Shown: positions 10,086-18,827 of the stretch, piece after piece
How the letters are laid out: the number at the start of each line of letters is the position of its first letter
Position numbering within the stretch: the first letter of the stretch is position 1
From: a virus
Strand: one strand, 5' to 3'
IMG/VR virus record: IMGVR_UViG_3300023296_001674
DNA length: 64,000 nucleotides
Translations under genes and position numbers: made by a program
Notes under the pieces: generated by a model
The model's input: the letters and a program-made list of their open reading frames with translations, nothing else
Database searches by the model: none
What the model was told of the DNA's origin: nothing

Positions 10086-10203
10086 AGATCACGAATATTG
10101 TGGATGTTGCCAAGTGCATGTTGGTGCCGAAGATGCATTGGTTATCATTAAACAACTTAAAAATTGTGAAAAACAATGCACTTGGTGTGGCGATGATTTC
10201 AAT
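9914..10203 (+). repeat. ~110 bp imperfect direct repeat (about 9914-10025 and 10092-10203, offset 178 bp)
   Basis: Both copies encode CxCCQxHVGAEDAxVIxxQLKNCEKQCTWCGDDF. Confidence 0.9.
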
Positions 10204-10878
10204 CTTAATGTGACTGATGCTGCCACTATTGTAGAAAGTTACGAGACTACACCCAAAACAACACTCGAATTATTACGTGATATAATACACAAAAAAAACA
10301 AAGACACGGTTTTTACATCCACTTATGGAGCGATGCAAACAATGTATAGCCTCGACTCTAATTTAAATCAAAAACAAACACAAACTAGGGCATACTCAAA
10401 AGAAGACACCCCCGAATGGAAAGCCGCACGAAAAGAAGCAATATTAAACACGTTCGGTGTGGATACCGATAAAGAAACGTTTGACCCAGGATATGCAGAT
10501 AAAAATGGCGATCCACACGATAGAATGTTTGATGGCGACCCATATTATCAAGTAGATAGAAATATGTTGCCGCATCGTATGTTGAGAATTGTATCAGATA
10601 ATCCGGGTTGTATAACAAATCATTTGATGAAAAAATCATACACATCAAGACCACAACGCAAAAAACGATTAAATCATTCATGTATTGCGAGATTGGCTGC
10701 ATCAAAATTAATCAAGTTTACTAGTGATTTTATGTGTTTTTATTCGACATCAAATCCATCATGCGCTAGTATGTATTTGGGTAAAATACCAAGATTTAAA
10801 CGAAAATTCACAATAACCCCAAAGGGTTCTGAATTTTTAAAAAAATTAGACACTGACAAAAAAAGGATGTATGTATGA
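10072..10878 (+). CDS. Hypothetical protein: N-terminal Cys module, basic C-terminal region possibly winged-helix
   Basis: Second repeat copy; LRIVSDNPG...FTITPKGSEFL is wHTH-like. Confidence 0.65.
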   Translation: MDDFKDHEYCGCCQVHVGAEDALVIIKQLKNCEKQCTWCGDDFNLNVTDAATIVESYETTPKTTLELLRDIIHKKNKDTVFTSTYGAMQTMYSLDSNLNQKQTQTRAYSKEDTPEWKAARKEAILNTFGVDTDKETFDPGYADKNGDPHDRMFDGDPYYQVDRNMLPHRMLRIVSDNPGCITNHLMKKSYTSRPQRKKRLNHSCIARLAASKLIKFTSDFMCFYSTSNPSCASMYLGKIPRFKRKFTITPKGSEFLKKLDTDKKRMYV

Positions 10879-11249
10879 TTGATGCAATAAAGAAATTAAA
10901 AATATCATGGGACGCCGCAAAAGAAGAAGTGAGTTTATATAAAAACGAAAGCAACGATATACATATTGCCATTAATGCAATAGATGCCGATATAGCAAAA
11001 TTGATGCGCGAATTCACCAAATATTCCATAACTGATACATGGGACGGTGACGCTATCAAATCCATTTCAACAAACATACGTGTATTAACAGAACGAAAAA
11101 CTATATTATATGGAGTATATAAAATATCACGCGCAAAATACAATGCCGCATGGCCCAAAGTAGTGAAAATAGAAACCAACATCAAACGCCAACAAGAACG
11201 ATATTGGTTAGACCTTGATTTGTCTATATTACCAATGTGGGAACATTAA
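10875..11249 (+). CDS. Hypothetical helical/coiled-coil protein
   Basis: 124 aa, ATGA overlap. Confidence 0.6.
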   Translation: MIDAIKKLKISWDAAKEEVSLYKNESNDIHIAINAIDADIAKLMREFTKYSITDTWDGDAIKSISTNIRVLTERKTILYGVYKISRAKYNAAWPKVVKIETNIKRQQERYWLDLDLSILPMWEH

Positions 11250-11253
11250 AGTC

Positions 11254-11294
11254 TTGACATAATATGGTTAATGATATAAAATACAATATAAATA
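11254..11294 (+). promoter_or_regulatory. Tandem early (sigma70) and late-type promoter upstream of Pnkp gene
   Basis: TTGACA-N17-TAAAAT (11254-11282) and TATAAATA (11287-11294). Confidence 0.55.
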
Positions 11295-11313
11295 TTATGA
11301 AAGGTTTAGTAAC

Positions 11314-12543
11314 ATGTTAAAAATACCCCTACACGCATTAATAGTAATGGTCGGACCATCCGGCGCAGGAAAGACGGATATCGCTATTAACGCGTTCGAC
11401 GATCACGAAATTGTATCACTTGATAACATTCGAGAAGAACTTACTGGCGATGTGAACAACTATCACCACGAAGACATAGTGAATGAAGAGTTTTATCGAC
11501 GCATAAAACTCAAACTATCAATTGGTGAACGTGTGGTTGCTGATGCGTCACACGTAAAGAAAAAAGAACGTCTATTAACCACAATGATTGGTATGGATAT
11601 GCATGTTCCAATTTATTATATTGTGGTAGATCGTCCACTTGATGAGAAACTAACAAGCAATCAAATAGGTGATGGAACTTTAATTAATAAAGAAGACGCG
11701 ACATTTAAAAGCAATGAAAAAGACATTGTTAAAGGTGATAGTATGGCTACGGTAATTGATTCACGTGAGGTTGAGGTTCCATGCAATATCATTCGCAGTT
11801 TCAACTACGAGGGAATTATCGACGATATTAAAATTCGTGGATTTAATAATATCACAGCAATTGGTGATGTTCATGGTATGACTGAAGATTTTGTTCAGCA
11901 CATAAATGCGGCACGTGCGGTTAACAATTTTATCGTACAGTTAGGTGATATCGTAGATTATGGACCAGACTCGGTTGGATGTGTTGATTTGATGTATCGG
12001 TTGGTGGTTAATGGTGATGCTATTTTCATCATCGGAAATCATGAAGCAAAATTGGAAAAATATATCAAGCAAGCAAAAGCTGGTGATATCCGTATCAAAC
12101 TTAAAGGTGGTATCGTCAAGACTGTTGAACAGCTTGATAAATTAAGTGATTCAAAGCGTGCGTTGTTTGAGTTAAAGTTTGCGACACTTATGAACTATGC
12201 ACGTCATCACGTAAGAATAGGCAATAATGTTTTTGTACATGCATCATCAACTAAAATGATGAGGGATGTGATTACTAATAGGTTACATGGTTTTAACTCA
12301 AACCGTGCCATTTATGGGGAAATAGATCAAAATAATTCCACAGATGAAAATGGATTTCCGAATCGACAATATAATTGGGTTGATGAAATACCTGAAGGTC
12401 ATACATCATATGTCGGTCATGCCTATCTCGACTTACATAATCCAATAACCAAAATTGGTAAGCTTGGCGGGAAAGCAATATTCGTCGATACCGGCTCTGG
12501 AAAAGAAGGAACTCTAAGTTCAGTAGATATCCCATTAAAATAA
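11314..12543 (+). CDS. Polynucleotide kinase-phosphatase (P-loop kinase + calcineurin-like metallophosphoesterase; no ligase domain)
   Basis: VMVGPSGAGKT, VSLDNIREEL; IGDVHG, GDIVDYGPDS, GNHE, FVHA, VGH, DTGSG. Confidence 0.88.
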   Translation: MLKIPLHALIVMVGPSGAGKTDIAINAFDDHEIVSLDNIREELTGDVNNYHHEDIVNEEFYRRIKLKLSIGERVVADASHVKKKERLLTTMIGMDMHVPIYYIVVDRPLDEKLTSNQIGDGTLINKEDATFKSNEKDIVKGDSMATVIDSREVEVPCNIIRSFNYEGIIDDIKIRGFNNITAIGDVHGMTEDFVQHINAARAVNNFIVQLGDIVDYGPDSVGCVDLMYRLVVNGDAIFIIGNHEAKLEKYIKQAKAGDIRIKLKGGIVKTVEQLDKLSDSKRALFELKFATLMNYARHHVRIGNNVFVHASSTKMMRDVITNRLHGFNSNRAIYGEIDQNNSTDENGFPNRQYNWVDEIPEGHTSYVGHAYLDLHNPITKIGKLGGKAIFVDTGSGKEGTLSSVDIPLK

Positions 12544-12569
12544 AAATTATTGGGATATCTATTTTTCAC

Positions 12570-12600
12570 TTGACAAAACATTATATTCATTGTATAAATA
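12570..12600 (+). promoter_or_regulatory. Promoter: TTGACA-N17-TATAAATA (sigma70 -10 coincides with late motif)
   Basis: TTGACA 12570-12575, TATAAATA 12593-12600. Confidence 0.55.
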
Positions 12601-12663
12601 ATATCATATAAGCCATATTTTACAGGTGTGGCAAACACCCCAATAGGAAATATGGAGATTATC

Positions 12664-13260
12664 ATGAGTGGTGGAACATTAGTTTTGAATGCAGACGCAC
12701 AACCAGTAAGTGTTGTCCCATTGTCTACAGTTAATTGGCAAGATGCAATCAGAATCATCTACCTAGATCGGGCAACCGTTTTGGGTGAATACAATCGTTG
12801 GGTTGTTCGCAGCCCATCTGTGCAGATGCGCATGCCTTCTGTTATCATGTTGAAAAACTATCAGCAGCATAACGGCAAAGTCGAGTTCTCGCGATACAAT
12901 ATTATTTTGCGAGATAACTACAAATGTTTGTATTGTGGTGAAAAGTTCGAGTTCAATCAGTTAACCTACGACCACGTTATTCCTAGACGTGATGGTGGAA
13001 AAACTGAATGGAAAAATATCGTATCAGCGTGTGCTCCTTGTAATCAGGAAAAAGCGCATCATCATAAGATGAAGCCGAAACGACAGCCACACATTCCAAC
13101 ATATTGGGAATTGGCGGGTATTATAAAAACAATGCCAATAACTGTTCCACACCAAACGTGGAAAGAGTTTATGATTTGGGATTCGGAAATTATTGTTGAT
13201 GATTCTCTTCAAACAGAAAACGTCGATGAAGATAACATATTGGCAAGTAAAATAATTTAG
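12664..13260 (+). CDS. HNH endonuclease (McrA/HNH_5-like; start revised)
   Basis: LVLNAD, PSVIML, FSRYNIILRDNYKCLYCG, TYDHVIPRRDGG, WKNIVSACAPCN; GGAG 6 nt upstream of ATG. Confidence 0.9.
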   Translation: MSGGTLVLNADAQPVSVVPLSTVNWQDAIRIIYLDRATVLGEYNRWVVRSPSVQMRMPSVIMLKNYQQHNGKVEFSRYNIILRDNYKCLYCGEKFEFNQLTYDHVIPRRDGGKTEWKNIVSACAPCNQEKAHHHKMKPKRQPHIPTYWELAGIIKTMPITVPHQTWKEFMIWDSEIIVDDSLQTENVDEDNILASKII

Positions 13261-13291
13261 AAATAATTATTTTAATATTGACAATTTAACC

Positions 13292-13328
13292 AAAATAGCA
13301 GTAGAATGCAAGTTCTATTGCTATTTTT
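13292..13328 (+). terminator. Intrinsic terminator-like hairpin
   Basis: AAAATAGCAGTAGAA-tgcaag-TTCTATTGCTATTTTT. Confidence 0.6.
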
Positions 13329-13390
13329 CGTCGTATAATAGGATTATGTTCATAAAACAATGCATATAAACCTATTAAGTCCGTATTTAA

Positions 13391-13396
13391 TAAATA
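13391..13396 (+). promoter_or_regulatory. Late-type promoter TAAATA
   Basis: aTAAATA ~35 nt upstream of ATG 13431, which has an AAGGA SD. Confidence 0.4.
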
Positions 13397-13430
13397 GTAA
13401 TATCCGGTTTTTATTAAAAGGAAAACAAAT

Positions 13431-13784
13431 ATGACTGAAGAAACAAACACTGCACAAGAACCAATGGCAAGACCTGAATCTATGAATGTAGGAGATTTGC
13501 AATTACTAACTAAATTAGTTGATGCTGGCTCCGAACGTGGAGCGTGGAAAGGTGAAGAATTGTCAGTAATTGGTGCGGTAAGAACTAAAATGATTGCGAA
13601 TATACAATACGCAACACCTACACCAATTGCTCCCACTGAAGAGACTACAACTACAACAAAAACAATTGAGCGCGATGAAAACGATTTGATTAAAACAATC
13701 ACTGAAACAAAAACGCCGTCGAAACAAACTAAAGCAAAAGCTAAACCAAAACGCAAGCGTGCTGCTAAACCAACTGCTGCGTAA
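13431..13784 (+). CDS. Hypothetical phage protein with basic C-terminal tail
   Basis: DLxxxxxxVDxxxxRGAWKGEELxxIG core motif typical of large myophage proteins; KAKAKPKRKRAAK tail. Confidence 0.75.
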   Translation: MTEETNTAQEPMARPESMNVGDLQLLTKLVDAGSERGAWKGEELSVIGAVRTKMIANIQYATPTPIAPTEETTTTTKTIERDENDLIKTITETKTPSKQTKAKAKPKRKRAAKPTAA

Positions 13785-13804
13785 ATAGACAAGAGGTATA
13801 ACAA

Positions 13805-14713
13805 ATGTCAATACACAATCAAAATACATCTACTGCTACGCGCCACGTTGGAACATGTGGTGACAAACGCGTCGCTGTGATAATACAAGACCCTAATGCT
13901 ACACACGAAGTTCATGTTGTAGATACTGATTCATTACCTGATGTATATCATCAAAATTTGATGGATATGTTAATGCGTGCTGAAGCACAATCATCTAAAT
14001 GGTTCGGCGAATATATGCACCGTCAAATGTTATTTGATGGCACCAATGCGTTACGAACTTTCTATGAAAAAAATTGGATACTACAAGTTCCAGTAACGAG
14101 TGTTTACTTAACACCAAGACCTAATACAAGTGTTTCACTTGCTGAAGAATTAGGTATCATGGTTAATCACCAACAACCACAACAACAAGTTAATCAACCA
14201 CAACAATTTAACCCGTTGGCAAATAATCAACAACCGCAACCGCAACCACAACCGCAGCAAATTCAAGAATCCAATTATGACAATATAATTGCTCAAGAAC
14301 AAGCCAAATTGAATCAGGTTAATAATCCAAATATGCCGCCAGCGTCTGATGCATATAACCAACACGTTCAGAACTTTCAAGGCGATGCTAATGAACAAAA
14401 TAGATTGGTAGCCGCCAACCTATTACAAGAAGCGAAAATGTTAGAGATGGATGCCGCTAATAAACGTGCACAAGCAGTTCAATACGATCCTTCTACTGCT
14501 CAACAAGCAGCAACATTTACGCCACAACCGCAACCGCAACCAACTAACACGTTTAATCCATTAACTGAAACTACTAAGGTTCCAGTTGTTGATAGTGTTC
14601 CTGCACAGTCTTTTTCAGATTCAGTAACAGGTAAAACGTATTCTTCTGCTAGCGCACTTAAAGGTGCAATAACCAGAAGAGAGAATGCAGCAAAGAAAAC
14701 CGGAAATGGATAA
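13805..14713 (+). CDS. Hypothetical phage protein with Q/P-rich linker
   Basis: RHVG...VVDTDSLPDVYHQNLM N-domain; QPQPQP tracts; GAGG SD. Confidence 0.8.
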   Translation: MSIHNQNTSTATRHVGTCGDKRVAVIIQDPNATHEVHVVDTDSLPDVYHQNLMDMLMRAEAQSSKWFGEYMHRQMLFDGTNALRTFYEKNWILQVPVTSVYLTPRPNTSVSLAEELGIMVNHQQPQQQVNQPQQFNPLANNQQPQPQPQPQQIQESNYDNIIAQEQAKLNQVNNPNMPPASDAYNQHVQNFQGDANEQNRLVAANLLQEAKMLEMDAANKRAQAVQYDPSTAQQAATFTPQPQPQPTNTFNPLTETTKVPVVDSVPAQSFSDSVTGKTYSSASALKGAITRRENAAKKTGNG

Positions 14714-14741
14714 TAAATCATCTATGATTTTTTGTTGAATG

Positions 14742-14775
14742 AAAAGCCCAATACTTTAAAGTGTTGGGCTTTTTT
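14742..14775 (+). terminator. Rho-independent terminator
   Basis: AAAAGCCCAATAC-tttaaa-GTGTTGGGCTTTTTT. Confidence 0.8.
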
Positions 14776-14783
14776 AATATAAA

Positions 14784-14812
14784 TTGACTTTATACTTAGA
14801 TAATACTATAAT
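14784..14812 (+). promoter_or_regulatory. Near-consensus sigma70 promoter for the DHFR-ThyA operon
   Basis: TTGACT-N17-TATAAT. Confidence 0.7.
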
Positions 14813-14841
14813 AATTAAAATAAACAATTAACTGAATAATA

Positions 14842-15189
14842 ATGAATAATAAAAAAACAACAACGATTGGCGATTACATTGCTGATATCAAACTTTCAAC
14901 CCTTGATGTATCATCATCCAGCGAAACGTTAACAATAGTAGATATAAGTGACGTATCATGTGCGGGTGGATTAACGTTTGTTACACACGATGGAACACTT
15001 AAAAAACCTGACCCATACCAAGAACTGGAAGATATAACATTAGAGCGCGAGCGCGATGAACAATTAAGAGATGAATATCCAGTGCTTCAAGAAGCGCACG
15101 AAAATTACGAATTAATAAAAAAATTACTTGAAGATCACAATATAGATAAAACATTTGACACCAGATATAGAGATTTTATAAAAAAATGA
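14842..15189 (+). CDS. Hypothetical protein
   Basis: 115 aa, ATGA overlap with DHFR. Confidence 0.65.
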   Translation: MNNKKTTTIGDYIADIKLSTLDVSSSSETLTIVDISDVSCAGGLTFVTHDGTLKKPDPYQELEDITLERERDEQLRDEYPVLQEAHENYELIKKLLEDHNIDKTFDTRYRDFIKK

Positions 15190-15689
15190 TAACAGCGATA
15201 GTAGCAGTAGCAGATAATAATTTAATTGGTTCAAATAACGACTTACCTTGGCCTAGAATTTCAGAAGACATGAATTGGTTTAAATCATTAACAACTGGAA
15301 ATGTTGTAGTGATGGGAAGAAACACGTGGGAAAGTTTAGGGGATTATAAACCACTACCGAACAGAATAAATGTAGTAGTTTCCAGCGATGAAGCAGATGG
15401 CGCAGACTTAACTATAACTGAAAATACATTGGTTAATATAAAAAACTTAGAAACTGAATATCCAGAAAAAGAAATTTTTATAATAGGCGGCGCAAGACTA
15501 TATGAAACCACTGAATCAATTATCGATAAAGTGCAAATGACACGTATCAGAAATTATTACGAAGGCGACACTTTTTTAAATACTGATTTGTTATTACAGC
15601 ATTCCGTGGTGGAAAGAAGTGAGACGATGGTCACCAAAAAGGATCGATTGAGTATAGAATTTAATACATATAGAAAATTGAAGCGTTAA
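15186..15689 (+). CDS. folA: Dihydrofolate reductase
   Basis: IGSNNDLPW, VVMGRNTWESL, PLPNRINVVVS, IIGGARLY, EGDTF. Confidence 0.95.
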   Translation: MITAIVAVADNNLIGSNNDLPWPRISEDMNWFKSLTTGNVVVMGRNTWESLGDYKPLPNRINVVVSSDEADGADLTITENTLVNIKNLETEYPEKEIFIIGGARLYETTESIIDKVQMTRIRNYYEGDTFLNTDLLLQHSVVERSETMVTKKDRLSIEFNTYRKLKR

Positions 15690-15690
15690 T

Positions 15691-16137
15691 ATGCTATTAG
15701 AAATAGAACTCGTTCCACAAACATCACATTTTAAAAATCTTCGTTCAGAATTAAAATCATCTGAATGGGATTTGCTACGCAAAGATTCATACAAACAAGC
15801 AAATCATTGCTGCGAGATATGTGGCGGCAAAGGTCGTAAATGGCCTGTTGAATGTCATGAAATATGGAATTATCAAAATGGCACACAAACATTATTAGGA
15901 TTGATATCATTATGTCCATCTTGCCACGAAGTGAAACATTTTGGCTTGGCGCAAATAAAGGGCCGCGATGGCATAGCAATGAAACATTTGATGAAAGTAA
16001 ATGAATGGTCTATTCGCCAAGCAAGTGCTCATATACAAGAAGCATTTACGATATGGGATAAACGTTCTAAGCAACCATGGACACTTGATATATCATGGGC
16101 ACTTGAAAAACTGGAGGCACTCAAAATAGGAAAATAA
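15691..16137 (+). CDS. HNH-like Zn-binding protein
   Basis: CEICGG, VECHEIW, LCPSCHEVKH. Confidence 0.75.
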   Translation: MLLEIELVPQTSHFKNLRSELKSSEWDLLRKDSYKQANHCCEICGGKGRKWPVECHEIWNYQNGTQTLLGLISLCPSCHEVKHFGLAQIKGRDGIAMKHLMKVNEWSIRQASAHIQEAFTIWDKRSKQPWTLDISWALEKLEALKIGK

Positions 16138-16226
16138 CATGCATCAATTTACAAAACAAACCCAAATAATTTTCAACCCATGATATCATTTTTAACAAGA
16201 TGTTATTCAACAAACAGAGAAGAAAC

Positions 16227-17090
16227 ATGAAAAAATATTTAGAAGCATTACAAGACATAATGGATAACGGCGTAGACCGAAATGACCGCACAGGCGTTGG
16301 CACACGTTCAGTATTTACACAACAGTTACGATTTAACCTAAATGATGGATTTCCCGCTGTAACAACCAAAAAACTGGCTTGGAAGGGCGTTGTGTCAGAA
16401 TTGCTATGGATGATAGAAGGTTCTGGTGATGAACGTAGATTAGCGGAGATACGTTATGGTAAAGACCGTTCAGAACTTGATGGTAAAACTACTATTTGGA
16501 CTGCGAATGCACAAGCAGATTATTGGAAAGATAAAGCAAAGTATGATGGTGATTTGGGCAGAGTGTACGGAGTGCAATGGAGAAATTGGAAATCGCCACA
16601 ATTTGATTCAGTTGAAACGACAGACCAGCTAGCTGATGTCATTCAACGTATAAAAGATAAGCCATGGGATAGACGACATGTTATAACAGCATGGAATCCT
16701 GGTGAAACCGACCAAATGGCATTACCGCCATGTCATATGATATTTCAATTTTATGTAGCAGATGGTAAACTTTCATGCCATATGTTCCAGAGAAGTTGTG
16801 ACATGCTGCTCGGAATCCCATTTAATATCGCATCCTATGCCCTTTTAACACATTTAGTGGCACAAGTATGTGATCTCGGCGTGGGTGAAGTTGTGTTAAC
16901 ATTAGGCGATGCGCATATTTATAATAATCATTTCGACCAAGTCAAAGAACAACTTAGTAGAACACCAGGACATTTACCTTCGTTGGTGTTGAACGAAACA
17001 ATTAAAAACATCGACGATTTTACAATGGAAGATATACATTTAGAAAATTACAATCCACAAGAAGCAATAAAAGCACCTATGGCTGTTTAG
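16227..17090 (+). CDS. thyA: Thymidylate synthase, uninterrupted (start revised)
   Basis: DRTGVGT, VYGVQWR, ALPPCH, QRSCD..LGIPFNIASY, GDAHIYNNH. Confidence 0.96.
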   Translation: MKKYLEALQDIMDNGVDRNDRTGVGTRSVFTQQLRFNLNDGFPAVTTKKLAWKGVVSELLWMIEGSGDERRLAEIRYGKDRSELDGKTTIWTANAQADYWKDKAKYDGDLGRVYGVQWRNWKSPQFDSVETTDQLADVIQRIKDKPWDRRHVITAWNPGETDQMALPPCHMIFQFYVADGKLSCHMFQRSCDMLLGIPFNIASYALLTHLVAQVCDLGVGEVVLTLGDAHIYNNHFDQVKEQLSRTPGHLPSLVLNETIKNIDDFTMEDIHLENYNPQEAIKAPMAV

Positions 17091-17961
17091 GTTCAAACCA
17101 AAAACCAAGGTCGCGATATGATTTACCTATATTATCACGACCTTGGTTTTCTTTCAAATAGCGAGATTTACTCGTTGCTTGTTTTACTATAATATTATCA
17201 CAATTCAAACACCACCTATGAATAGTAGCAGATAACATATATTCATGTGCTTGTTGTGCTTGGCTTGATGAAGGAAAAACACCCCAAGGTGTATAATAAT
17301 ATCCCATAAATCTATAAGAATTTTCACCAGTTACTTTTTCAATAGATTCTTTTGATTTGATAACACCAGTGCTTAATGCTCGCAATTTATGCAATGTTTT
17401 TTTTGTATGTTTCTTGCCATAAAATGGATTATTTTTACCTGTTCTATCGCGACATTCGCCACATACATTACTACAAGTCTGTATGCTGTTTTTATTGCAA
17501 GATGGGCATATTTTATAACTAATACCACCATCACGCCAGTTGGGATTATTTTTCCCATATCTCGCCCATCGTTCTTGTTTTTCTTCATCAGACATTGCAT
17601 CCAATATTTTTTGTTGCGCAACAACTCTGCGTTTAATAATATTTTCTCTATCAGGATGATTAGTTAGATTATCACCACCACCGGCTGCTCCAATATTATA
17701 TCCACCAATATTTTCATCTATATATTTTTGTTCGATTTCAAATAACATTTCTTCATCACATTCTTCAATATATTCAAATATGAATACATTAGAACCATTT
17801 TTATTCCATGACCGCTGTAAATATATATTATGATGATTATTATTTTTCAAACGATTTTTATGACTAACCCAACGCTTATAAATATTGACAGATGACCCAT
17901 AATAAGCTTTACCATTGACGTTATTTCTGATACGATAAATACCACAGTTAAAAGATTTCAT
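17077..17961 (-). CDS. Free-standing GIY-YIG homing endonuclease with NUMOD3-type repeats and Cys finger
   Basis: GIYRIRN...YYGSS...KRW, EQKYI, YNI; GKNNPFYGKKHT; CPSC...CGEC. Confidence 0.9.
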   Translation of the reverse strand: MKSFNCGIYRIRNNVNGKAYYGSSVNIYKRWVSHKNRLKNNNHHNIYLQRSWNKNGSNVFIFEYIEECDEEMLFEIEQKYIDENIGGYNIGAAGGGDNLTNHPDRENIIKRRVVAQQKILDAMSDEEKQERWARYGKNNPNWRDGGISYKICPSCNKNSIQTCSNVCGECRDRTGKNNPFYGKKHTKKTLHKLRALSTGVIKSKESIEKVTGENSYRFMGYYYTPWGVFPSSSQAQQAHEYMLSATIHRWCLNCDNIIVKQATSKSRYLKENQGRDNIGKSYRDLGFWFEPKQP

Positions 17962-17975
17962 GCTGTAACTCCCTT

Positions 17976-18028
17976 ATAGTTATAGATTAGGTGGGGATTG
18001 CCGTCCCGCGACCTATATAACTATTTAT
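17976..18028 (-). promoter_or_regulatory. Late promoter (TAAATA) overlapping a ~49-nt leader hairpin directly upstream of the endonuclease SD
   Basis: ATAGTTATA/TATAACTAT, TAGGT/ACCTA, GGGA/TCCC stems, then AAGGGAG-N7-ATG. Confidence 0.65.
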
Positions 18029-18058
18029 CAGATTGGGCTGACTTTTAACATCGCTATA

Positions 18059-18087
18059 TTGACAATATATGATCGATGCTGTAAACT
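18059..18087 (+). promoter_or_regulatory. Sigma70-like promoter for the desaturase operon
   Basis: TTGACA-N17-TAAACT. Confidence 0.6.
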
Positions 18088-18113
18088 TAACTATAAAAAA
18101 ATGAGACTAAACT

Positions 18114-18827
18114 ATGACAAATACTACAAAGTTATTAATGATACATGTATTAGCGCACATAATGCTAATACCAATGTTTTTATATGGCGAAATGTGGATG
18201 TTTATTGCGGCGTTTTTTTGGTGGCAGTTTATAGCAGCATCCTCTATTACTTCTGGATATCATAGATATTTTTCACATAAAAATTTTAAAACTGGAAAAT
18301 GGTATGAGTGGTATAGTCAGTATTTGGGTATATTTTCTAATGCTGGACCTGTTCTTACATGGGCATCGGTTCATAGAATGCATCATGCCAATAGCGACAA
18401 TGAACTCGACCCACATAGCCCAAAACATAAAGGATTTTGGTATGCATTTTTTAATTTGTGGGGATATGATGTTCATATACCAAGAAAATATCTAAAAGGT
18501 TTGATACAAAACAAAAGTGTCAGAGTTTTTCACAAATATTATTTTTTAATCGTCGCAGCAACTATTATGATGTTGGGTATAATTAATTTTAATTTGTTAT
18601 TATTTGGTTTTTTCTTTCCTGTTATATGTGGATTTTGGGGTTTTGGTATGGTTAATGCGTACACACATAGAAAAGGTTATGCTACAAATAGTGCACTTGC
18701 TAATATATTAACTGCTGGTGAAGGATGGCATTTAAACCACCACAACGATGGTAGCAATTGGCGTATCGGAAAGAAATGGTGGGAAATAGATACAGGAGCA
18801 TGGTTTATATGGGCAATAAAGTATTAA
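18114..18827 (+). CDS. Membrane fatty acid desaturase (delta-9-like)
   Basis: His boxes GYHRYFSH, HRMHH, GEGWHLNHH; DPHSP; hydrophobic segments. Confidence 0.92.
   Translation: MTNTTKLLMIHVLAHIMLIPMFLYGEMWMFIAAFFWWQFIAASSITSGYHRYFSHKNFKTGKWYEWYSQYLGIFSNAGPVLTWASVHRMHHANSDNELDPHSPKHKGFWYAFFNLWGYDVHIPRKYLKGLIQNKSVRVFHKYYFLIVAATIMMLGIINFNLLLFGFFFPVICGFWGFGMVNAYTHRKGYATNSALANILTAGEGWHLNHHNDGSNWRIGKKWWEIDTGAWFIWAIKY

Noticed and set aside
9914-10203. DGR template/variable repeat pair
   Set aside because: Mismatches are largely synonymous and not adenine-specific; no reverse transcriptase in the window
13278-13307. TTGACA-N18-TAGAAT promoter
   Set aside because: The -10 lies inside the terminator-like hairpin and far from the next start; ambiguous
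13286-13804. 172-aa antisense ORF and the many other short antisense or nested ORFs in the track (e.g. 49525-50013, 59085-59675)
   Set aside because: Shadows of well-supported genes on the opposite strand or frame, without motifs or SD sites
14231-14257. CAACCG tandem repeat as a phase-variation tract
   Set aside because: In-frame hexamer encoding a QP linker; slippage would not shift frame
16227-17090. Group I intron or intein in thyA
   Set aside because: ORF is continuous and of normal length; the endonuclease is outside and antisense
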